In this document: piece after piece, positions 1 through 9,820 of the stretch | Layout: every line of letters begins with the position of its first letter | How positions within the stretch are numbered: the first letter of the stretch is position 1 | Source: Pecten maximus | Lineage: Eukaryota | DNA: 64,000 nt | Reading direction: 5' to 3' | Assembly (NCBI RefSeq): GCF_902652985.1 | Contig: NC_047027.1 | Location: forward strand, 6,758,001 to 6,822,000 | Made by a program: the position numbers and the translations under genes | Notes under the pieces: model-generated | Told to the model about the DNA's origin: nothing | The model's input: only the letters and a program-made list of their open reading frames with translations | Database searches by the model: none

Positions 1-1
1 G

Positions 2-1420
2 ATAGTAGGAAAAGCGCTGAGCTTTTTGTTCGGTACTGTAACCGAAGATGACCTTGACGCCATCACACAGGGTATAAGTACACTGGCAAAAAATCAAAGG
101 GATATTGCACACGTTGTTTCCGAAAGCCTATCAATTATAAATGTCACAAGAGTCCAGGTATCTGAAAATAGGCAAGCAATCACGCAATTATCAGTAAACG
201 TCCTTGAACTGGACGCCAAAATAGTAAATGTCAAGGCCACCTTAGAGAAACAGTATCTTGAATTTGAACAATTTGTACAGGTGTACTTACAATTGAAATC
301 CGTCTGGGCTGAGCTTAAACAGCTGTGTGATGCTGGAATGCTTTATCTTGAAAATTTGAAGTTACAATTGAATATGGTGTCACTTGGACATTTGTCACCA
401 AGTGCCATTCCTCCAAAACAGCTAAAATCCTTGTTGCGCCAAATTGACGCGCATTTACCATCCCACTTCAAGTTGCCCTACGATTTTCGGGAAGAATTGT
501 GGAATTTCTATAAGTCTCTAACGTGTACTACCATACTTGATGAACGTAAAATAGTTGTTATTGTTAACGTCCCATTGCTCGATGCGGATGGTCGATATGA
601 CGTTTATGAAATTCATAATATTCCTTCACCAATGGTGGGGGCTAACCAACGTGAGCTTACGGGGTAGGGAACCATGGTTGCTCATTACAGTCTTGAGGCA
701 CCTACTTTAGCCGTTAATATAGACCGTACTCGATTTTTATTGTTAAACGCGGATGAAAAGAGCCAATGCGGTAACTCACAGTTTAACTTCTGTACAGTTA
801 AGAGCGCGATGTACCCGGTGAACATAAATAAATTATGTGTTGTGGCCCTGTTCTTGGATCATAAGAAAAATGTCAAGAAATATTGCGAAACAGTTGTAAT
901 TCCCGAATCGGTCTTACCCCGAGCTATAAATATTGTTGATGGGAAGTGGATTGTAGTAACGGACAGGGAGTTACAGTTTGCTGTAGTCTGTCCGCCTACC
1001 AATGCTGGGAATAATAAGATAATAGTCAAACCACCGATGGGCATCGTCGAGTTAAAGATGGTGTGTTCTGCATCGAGTGATTATCTAATATTACCACCGT
1101 ATTACTTCCAAGAAAGCAAATATAATCTTACAGAATCCACCAAGCTGTCCTACAATGATTCCTTTCTAAATACTAAACTATGGGAACCATTTAAAAGGGC
1201 TTTGCCATGGTATAAAGCCATTGAAATACCTAAAAGATTAAAAGAAATAGAACGAATCCCAATGAGCCATCTTATAAGCGAGATTAAAGGCTTGCGTGCA
1301 ATACCTACGGGTAAGCAATGGTCAGTGTGGGTCTTTGTATGTATTGGGCTTTCAGTTATCGTAATAATTGGTGTATGTGCCATATTTACTTGGAAAAGTG
1401 GATTAAGAGATAAGATATAG
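2..1420 (+). pseudogene. env: Envelope (class I fusion) glycoprotein of an LTR retroelement, baculovirus-F/errantivirus Env-like; 5'-partial, with an in-frame TAG at 665-667
   Basis: Frame 2 reads IVGKALSFLFGTVTEDD (F-type fusion peptide), then a heptad-repeat helix, a Cys-rich ectodomain and a C-terminal TM segment (WSVWVFVCIGLSVIVIIGVCAIFTW). ORFs 26-667 and 674-1420 share one frame, separated by a single TAG. It lies upstream of a PPT and LTR. Confidence 0.8.
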
Positions 1421-3178
1421 GCATTATTGAGCAATAGGTCAGATCCCAAGGTCACTAATTCACCCGAAAGAGAGTTTGAGACGATGCCGGTGAACACGGG
1501 AAGCGCACGTAACGCTACAGGACAGGTTGAAGTACCGTCCTCATAGTCACCGGTAAGGGACACGCCTGGTCCCTTACGATTTTATGGATCCGGAGAAACA
1601 AGTGAACTGTGGATGTCAAGGAATACCACACGGCTTTAATTGGCCGGTATGAGGCTATACGAGCACGGACAGCTTAATTATATAGCCAGTATTGTGTACG
1701 TGATGTGTTGTATTGTAAATAGAAAGTGCATTGACCTATGCACTACTTTAAAGTGTTGGACAGTATCCGTGCCACCTATATTCTGGATAAAGTATCCGGC
1801 AAGGATTGTAACTGTGAAGTTGAGGGAAACATTATATATGCTCCCAATAATCGCTGTGAATACGACCGTCATTGACTACAGTGACTTCTGTTATACATCA
1901 TAACACAACAGGTGTACAACAAAAATGTACGTGGTTGTAACATTAGCTATATGATGTGGATTATATAAACATGGTTATGAACTAATCATGACAACGGTGC
2001 ATCGACTAAAGGCGCCGAACACTTGAACAGCGGATGTGGATTAATTAATATAATAAACTGTGAACTGTGAATAGTGAACAATTACTACGTATTGTGTAAA
2101 TAATAAGTGGTTTTATTATGACGAATGGATCATTGGTATTGTGAGCTGGGGACAACAGACATTGTGGACGGACATTGAGGTATCAACTGGAAATATTACC
2201 GGCAGGCGGAGGATTTGATGGTGTATAGTTATACGTAATACAATGGACTGTCTGGATTAGTGGAACTGTTCCTTACTATCTCGTGACTGTGTGGATCATT
2301 AAATATTTGACAGTGAGAGCTGATTGACATTACTGGATCCGATGAACCGTGTTAATTATAACAACTGTTATATATATCTCGTGACTATCTGGATCACCAC
2401 CCTTGATATTGTGAACTGTTTGGAAAACTTCGATATTGTCGCAGACTGTGTAATTAGTTATCGTCGTGAACTAGTATGTAACAAAATGGGCTTAAAATGG
2501 GGTTAAACAATAGTTAAAACAGAATATAAAATAGTAGCTATCAGAGACAGCAGAACATAGGTCAAAAGTCAAACAATGCTGGACTCAAGTAAACAACACC
2601 TGCGATCATCATGTTGGATGCATCGGCTGATAACAATGGGCGAGGCAGACAGCATCACGACTAGTGATGGATTACAAGGGGGTGGCTGAACTGAAGCTAG
2701 CAGATCGCTGTCCGGCAATATTGATAAGTACAACAATAAGATTTATATTGAAGAATCAAAAGAAAGGTTAGGGGGAAGTAGAATGCACATGTTGCCATGC
2801 GCGCACGTGCCATTTAATTATATGTACAATGGGCGGTACCATCTCATGAATAGTTGATATTGGATAGATTGTAAAAGATACTTGGGAAGGATAGATAGTC
2901 GGGACACGGGGGTCGGGAGAAAAGAGAGAGACTTCAGGGAGAGAGAGGGAGAACCAGCGGGGAAGCAAGCTGGGCTTTCCGGGGCGGTCAAGACGGCAAG
3001 AGAATGGAAAGTACTACTTAGAATACCAATGTATATCATGTAACAACGCGAAGTATAATAAAGGATTTCAATATTGTCGTACCCTAGTGTTGTGTTACAT
3101 AGAATAGATAGATTGTTTTTGTTATAAAAACTATTATATGACGTTTGTGGGGACACAAACTCTTCGAAAGAAGGGGGT

Positions 3179-3680
3179 TGTGTAGTGAACTAGGAAATAG
3201 ACAAGTTTTATATGTTATGTGTTCAAAGTTACCTAGAGTAGTTAAAGCTATACGCTATAGTCAGCCAAATCTATGCGAGTTGCTTCCCTTAGATTAGTTG
3301 TTAATTAACCCGTTTTAGGTTTACACCCTTCATTCTATATCAAGGTAAAATATAACCAAACGGTAGAACCTGAAAGGCAGTCGTTATTATGTAGCACACG
3401 GTCCGTGGGACCAGTGGTCAGTGCCTAGGGCTATATTTGGAAATGACGAGATAGGGGTTTAGATACGCCCATATTTCGGGTTAAAGGTCAGGATTGGTCA
3501 ATTGACCACATCGTCAATTCATACATATTAATTAACCCTGTGGCCAGGACAACCCAAGTCTGCATCCTACCTTCCGCTAGTGATAACTCCCGTACGACTC
3601 CGACCATATCTACAGATGTTTCGGGAAACGACAAAGAAAGTATCACCATTCAGAAAACCAATCCGGAGACTAGATACTCA
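3179..3680 (+). repeat. 3' LTR of the env retroelement (~500 bp)
   Basis: Starts with TG right after the PPT and ends with CA; imperfect terminal inverted repeat (tgtgta/tactca). The partner LTR is outside the window, so the boundaries are inferred. Confidence 0.6.
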
Positions 3681-5075
3681 CCCAACAGATCACAGCGCCT
3701 CACTCCTCCGTCCACTGGAATGTCACCCAACAGGTCACAGCGCCTCACTCCTCCGTCCACTGGAATGTCACCCAACAGATCACAGCGCCTCACACCTCCG
3801 TCCACTGGAATGTCACCCAACAGGTCACAGCGCCTCACACCTCCGTCCACTGGAATGTCACCCAACAGATCACAGCGCCTCACTCCTCCGTCCACTGGAA
3901 TGTCACCCAACAGGTCACAGCGCCTCACTCCTCCGTCCACTGGAATGTCACCCAACAGGTCACAGCGCCTCACACCTCCTTCCACTGGAATGTCACCCAA
4001 CAGATCACAGCGCCTCACACCTCCGTCCACTGGAATGTCACCCAACAGATCACAGCGCCTCACACCCCCGTCCACTGGAATGTCACCCAACAGGTCACAG
4101 CGCCTCACACCTCCGTCCACTGGAATGTCACCCAACAGGTCACAGCGCCTCACACCTCCGTCCACTGGAATGTCACCCAACAGATCACAGCGCCTCACAC
4201 CTCCGTCCACTGGAATGTCACCCAACAGGTCACAGCGCCTCACACCTCCGTCCACTGGAATGTCACCCAACAGATCACAGCGCCTCACTCCTCCGTCCAC
4301 TGGAATGTCACCCAACAGGTCACAGCGCCTCACACCTCCGTCCACTGGAATGTCACCCAACAGGTCACAGCGCCTCACACCTCCGTCCACTGGAATGTCA
4401 CCCAACAGATCACAGCGCCTCACTCCTCCGTCCACTGGAATGTCACCCAACAGATCACAGCGCCTCACACCTCCGTCCACTGGAATGTCACCCAACAGGT
4501 CACAGCGCCTCACACCTCCGTCCACTGGAATGTCACCCAACAGGTCACAGCGCCTCACACCTCCGTCCACTGGAATGTCACCCAACAGGTCACAGCGCCT
4601 CACTCCTCCGTCCACTGGAATGTCACCCAACAGATCACAGCGCCTCACACCTCCGTCCACTGGAATGTCACCCAACAGATCACAGCGCCTCACACCTCCG
4701 TCCACTGGAATGTCACCCAACAGATCACAGCGCCTCACACCTCCGTCCACTGGAATGTCACCCAACAGGTCACAGCGCCTCACACCTCCGTCCACTGGAA
4801 TGTCACCCAACAGATCACAGCGCCTCACACCTCCGTCCACTGGAATGTCACCCAACAGGTCACAGCGCCTCACACCTCCGTCCACTGGAATGTCACCCAA
4901 CAGGTCACAGCGCCTCACTCCTCCGTCCACTGGAATGTCACCCAACAGATCACAGCGCCTCACACCTCCGTCCACTGGAATGTCACCCAACAGGTCACAG
5001 CGCCTCACTCCTCCGTCCACTGGAATGTCACCCAACAGATCACAGCGCCTCACACCTCCGTCCACTGGAATGTCA
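3678..5075 (+). repeat. 45-bp coding minisatellite, ~31 copies (SPNRSQRLTPPSTGM)
   Basis: Unit tcacccaacag(a/g)tcacagcgcctcac(t/a)cctccgtccactggaatg is directly visible. Confidence 0.97.
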
Positions 5076-5336
5076 GCTGCACAGAAAAAAATAACAGTCA
5101 CGCTGGTATCCATAGCTGCCATTTTTGTCCTCCTCAATCTGCCCGGGAAAATATTTGTCCCGATATTCTTACAAAATAATTCGTCGTCTACTGGAGTATT
5201 TCTGATGTTTGACTTGAATACTGGGATTGGGAAATACCTGGAATTGATGAATTCAATAATAAATTCAGTAATCTATGTCATGCGCAGTCAAAAGTACAAA
5301 GTTATCGTAAAAAGCATGTTTAAATGTTGCCAATGA
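3681..5336 (+). pseudogene. 3' part of a class A (rhodopsin-like, peptide-receptor-like) GPCR: repeat-expanded ICL3, TM6, TM7, helix 8; interrupted upstream by the LTR element
   Basis: After the repeats the frame reads QKKITVTLVSIAAIFVLLNLP (TM6 FxxxxLP), LELMNSIINSVIY (TM7, NPxxY-like) and RSQKYKVIVKSMFKCC (helix 8 plus palmitoylation Cys pair), ending TGA at 5336. TM1-5 are not in the window. Confidence 0.75.
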
Positions 5337-5478
5337 AATCTACCAACAACATTAACGTGCGATCATGACATTCTACTTCGTCCTAAGGGATAGCGCGTGT
5401 ATCTTTGAAGACATTCTTATGTAAAATGTACGTATGTTATAACTTCATAATTAGTTTCTTAACTTTCTTTACTATTTT

Positions 5479-6139
5479 TGTAGCGTGGAAATATATTTCA
5501 CTTTTACATTATTCTCAATTTAATAGAAATATTAGAGTTCATATGTGTCATTGTTTATTATAGTAGCAGACTTCGTGTTATTCCATATAAGGAATCGTTT
5601 ACAGATTTAGTATATGGGAGCTGTGTATTTGAGTGCTGCGTGAATCATATACAATGTATTAACAGATCCTACATATAACTAGTGTGTAGCCAATCAGAGA
5701 GATTGGGGAGTCAGTTGTAACTATCGTAGTTGGGAGGAGCCGATATTAACCGTTCAGTTAGTGAGGAGCCAAAATGTAGGTCGGAGGAGCGGATGCTAGC
5801 CAATGAGAGTGCAGTATGATAGCGGTACGTGTAGGGTGAAAGTGAAAAGAACAAGAGAACGATTTAACTAGGGGATTTACTTCACGCCTCTTTATTCCCT
5901 TTGTGCATTTTCTCACACTTAACCATTGGAGATATACTTATGGAAATAATGTGAGATATTATAGTAGATGCCGAGAGAGTGGTGTTCCAGATGACAATTT
6001 GTTGGTATTCTGACGTCATAGAGCTATGTTAATAAAATCGTGTGAACTTTAAAGTTGTGTTTGAGTTCTCCCTGCCGTAGTCGGCTTCCAGCCCGGACTT
6101 ATATAGACAGCGTCTCGTGTTTCCGAGTAGAACGCTACA
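5479..6139 (+). mobile_element. Solo LTR (661 bp)
   Basis: TGTAGCGT...ACGCTACA 8-bp terminal inverted repeat, 4-bp TSD tttt (5475-5478 / 6140-6143), internal CCAAT boxes and AATAAA at 6031. Confidence 0.75.
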
Positions 6140-7585
6140 TTTTAACAAAATGATGCAAGTTTTTGTAAAATAGCAAAGCGTTGTGTTACGTGTGTAACTT
6201 TTTTTACGTATTTATTTGACATGCCCAGTTTTACTGTACCATGTGATACTGGAGCTAAAGTCAACCCAACATGTTAGAGACGAATGTTTTTTCTCCTGCA
6301 TTTACAATATATAACCTTTAATGAGGCGACTAAAGACGGCACCTTCCAGAATCGAGAATGTTGTTCCTTCCTATGGATAGATTTTGATACTTCTTTCGAC
6401 TTATTTTGAGGATCTGCAGTTGCCTCTCAGATATTGGAACTTTAGGAACTTCATGCACTTAGAGTCCAGACGAACAGCTGTAGGATCGAGATCTCAGGTG
6501 GTAGACACTAATAATGGAATGCAGTTCTCGAAGTTTACCTTGACCTGAAGTTATGTTTCTAATTAATCTAAATAATGTTACTGTTCAAAAACATGTAATT
6601 AACGTTTTATACACCCATCGAATGTGTCGGCAGTATTATGGTACAGTAACATGGCTACGTTTACTATGCACTACGCCTGACGTAGCACATACGCCATGTA
6701 ACAGCTGATTTTAATCATATTGTATTATGGTATGGCGTTTCGTCCGTCTCCTGTATTTTTCGACCGGTCTCTCTCAAACTTGCTATACTTTATGGTCGTT
6801 ATATGGAGTTGTGTTTCTTTGAAAAGAATTCCGATTCGGCAATGTTTACAAAAGTCATTGCCCTTTGTTAATTTAAGAATTCATTTTATCCGGAAATGTC
6901 CTGCTACATTTTTCGACCGATTTCTTTGAAACTTGGCAGGTTTTTTTTATGAAGTTGTGTTTGCTTGAAAAGAATTTTGATTCAAATATTTTTTGCAAAA
7001 GTGATTGTCCTTTTTTTCAGTATTTGGTATTGTCCGGCAATCTTTACAGATCTCTTTGAAAGTTGGAAGACATTATGATCCTGATATGAAGCCGTGTCTC
7101 TCTGAAAAGAATTAAAATTCAACTGGTTTTGCCAAAGTAATTGAACTTTGTTTATTTCGGTTTTTGATTTTTGTCTGGAGATTCCCTCCTATATTTTAGA
7201 CGGATTTCTCTGAAACGTAGAATTTATATATTATTATACTGACCTTACAGTGTTGTTATGTCTGTCGGTGTGGAAGGTCAAAGTAGTCAAAATTCTAATA
7301 TTGCAATTCTGATGATACAACTGAGAAACTGTTGAGAGGGAAAGATACTTTCAATAACTACAAAAAAAAATCTTTATGCAATAACTCACCCGTTCACCTT
7401 CACAATCTCATATAATGGAGACTATAGTGTAAGAGATAGAAAGCCTTGTGTGTATTCCAGAATACATGATCCCATAACAATCTTGTAAAATAAATAAATT
7501 TGAGAAGAAATTATTTTACTAACTTCATGTCAGTTCTTCGGGCTCCAGCTGGCCTTTCTTCATAGTTTTGATCGTACGGTAGCGA

Positions 7586-7808
7586 TTGGTTTGGTTTGTT
7601 TTTCTTTAACGTCCAATTAACAGCCAGGGTCATTTAAGGACGTGCCAGGTTTTGGAGGTGGAGGAAAGCCGGAGTACCGGAGAAAAACCACCGGCCTACG
7701 GTCAGTACCTGGCAACTGCCCCATGTATGTTTCGAACTCGCAACCGAGAGGTGGAGGGCTAGTGATAAAGTGTCGGGACACCATAACCAATCGGCCACCG
7801 CGGCCCCA
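7586..7808 (-). mobile_element. tRNA-derived SINE
   Basis: Minus strand begins ggggccgcggTGGCCGATTGG (A box) ... GAGTTCGAAAC (B box) and has an (aaacc)n tail; 15-bp TSD atc(g/c)tacggtagcga at 7571-7585 and 7809-7823. Confidence 0.85.
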
Positions 7809-8128
7809 ATCCTACGGTAGCGAATGTCAATCGATCTTCAGAATCCATTGAAAATTGGGAACATCTCCTATATTAAAATAGTATCTAAATCATACATGTG
7901 TGTGTTAAATACATACAATAGTAGCTGTCACCGTTTGTACATACAATTGAAATTTTAAGGAGTGAATGGGGTTTGACTAGTAACGACTAAACTGTACTCA
8001 CTAGAGTTACCTAATAAAGCAAACAGAGGGAAGGGCTGCTTTGACACAAGAATATAATTCATTAAACATCCGGTCACTATATATATATAGTTGAGGCGAT
8101 ATGTGGGGCGATGAGGTTTGCGGAAAGG

Positions 8129-8771
8129 TATGGTGGCTGATTTCTGCCATTTCGTTGTTTCGTTCTGGCGCCCCGACAGAACGATAATCTTCGTCTTTTC
8201 GCCCCCGATAATTAGCGTTATGGCGCCGCGCCATAACGAAAAGACGCCACAACTCAACGCGAAATAACGAAAACGTGAAGCCGCTAATCAGCGGGGCGAG
8301 TTAATTCGCCCCGCTAATCAGCGTCTTTTCGCCCCGCCATAACGCTGTTTATCGTTATGGCGCCCCGATAAACAGCGTCTTTTCGCCCCGACAAGACGAT
8401 AATTATCGTCTTTTCGCCCCGCTGTTTATCGTTATGGCGCCCCGCTAAACATCGTCTTTTCGCCCCGCCATAACGCTGTTTAGCGTTATGGCGCCCCGCT
8501 AATCATCGTCTTCTCGCCCCGCCATAACGCTGTTTATCGTTATGGCGCCCTGCTAATAATCGTCTTTTCGCCCCGCCATAACGCTGTTTATCGTTATGGC
8601 GCCCCGCTAAACATCGTCTTTTCGCCCCGCCATAACGCTGTTTACCGTTATGGCGCCCCGCTAATCATCGTCTTTTCGCCCCGCCATAACGCTGTTTATC
8701 GTTATGGCGCCCCGCTAAACATCGTCTTTTCGCCCCGACAAGACGATACTTATCGTTATGGCGCCTTCCGG
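8129..8771. repeat. Left terminal inverted repeat with ~54-bp tandem subrepeats
   Basis: Repeated cgtcttttcgccccgccataacgctgtttatcgttatggcgcccc units; reverse complement of 27160-27955. Confidence 0.9.
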
Positions 8772-9820
8772 CTAGTCATGCGCTGAGCAATCTTTCATAG
8801 AAGATGGCGGAGCAAAGCAGTTACACCAGCCTTTTGAACGGAGACAATACCACTAGTATCCTTTTTATTTAGCTTTAATAACCTTTTAGGTGAGTTTTAA
8901 AATGGTTTGGTACACATTGTACCGCTTATGTTCACTTGTGCTGTTATCTATATCTTCGAATATACGGTTAAGTTGCTTTTTTCAATTTTACATTTTGAAA
9001 TCATAATTTATATTCAGTAAAAATGTGTAACGTGTTGTTAAATACAATTTCTGATAATTTTCCTTAAACATTGTCAGAACAGGATCTAATAAGAGAATAT
9101 CATTTTGCTGGCTACACGTACTCCGAGATTATTCTTATTCTTTTCTACCGACATCACGTGTCTATAAGGTTTGTATGTTTGTTTTTCAGACTATTTGGAC
9201 AACGCTTTAAATATTTGTTTTTTTACCACATCATTGTTTCCCTCTGTATGAGGATGTTATATCTTTAATGTATTTTGAATGAAAGTTGAGAAGACATGTT
9301 TGCGAGAAAAAGCATTGCATGTTATATATAGTGAGTTTACAAAGCCACGTTTATATTTATGTAATATTAATTATAAGCTGTTATTTCAGCTGTAGACACA
9401 ACTACATCGGATATTCAGATCACTAGGTCTTCGTCGTCAGCATGCGGTAACGGATGAAGTAGTTCAAGCTATACAGGTAAGTGTATCCTCCTTATTTGGT
9501 AAAATACATACCTGGTGAAAAGTGTCATTTTGTTCAGCTCATATACTCACTTCGGATAAGTTATTCCAGTATGATTTATAATGAAGCCCTGACAGGAATG
9601 TATAAAACGCAGATGCATTTATAATTGTTATCGCATTTGTCGCATATTCGTTAATGAAAAAAACAATAATTGCGGCCATTTGTGATGAGCAACCAATTTT
9701 CCGCCATTCGCATATGTCGTATGTATTGTTGATCGAGTTTCTATTTTAAAAAAATAAGCAAACAAAGCTTCACAGTATGGATATATGCATCACTTAAAAC
9801 TATGTACACACACATATATC

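Larger units (their letters stand above)
1..3680 (+). mobile_element. 3' part of an env-carrying Gypsy-like LTR retroelement (env, ~1.7-kb 3' region, PPT, 3' LTR)
   Basis: env ORF; hairpin gtttgtg-ggga-cacaaac (3143-3160); polypurine tract gaaagaaggggg (3166-3177); then TGTGTA...TACTCA (3179-3680), which abuts the GPCR minisatellite. Confidence 0.75.

Noticed and set aside
3580-5137. ORFs 3580-5094 (+) and 3650-5137 (-)
   Set aside because: Alternative-frame translations of the 45-bp repeat; only the 3540 frame joins the GPCR TM6-TM7.
6600-7260. Degenerate interspersed repeat (Helentron-like); similar at ~42380-43090
   Set aside because: Boundaries and family could not be fixed from the sequence alone.
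7700-7808. tRNA gene
   Set aside because: The A/B boxes belong to a SINE head with a body, tail and TSD.
8272-8771. Regular GC-rich repeats resembling a CRISPR array (also 27160-27955)
   Set aside because: No unique spacers and no cas genes; eukaryotic context; explained as TIR subrepeats.
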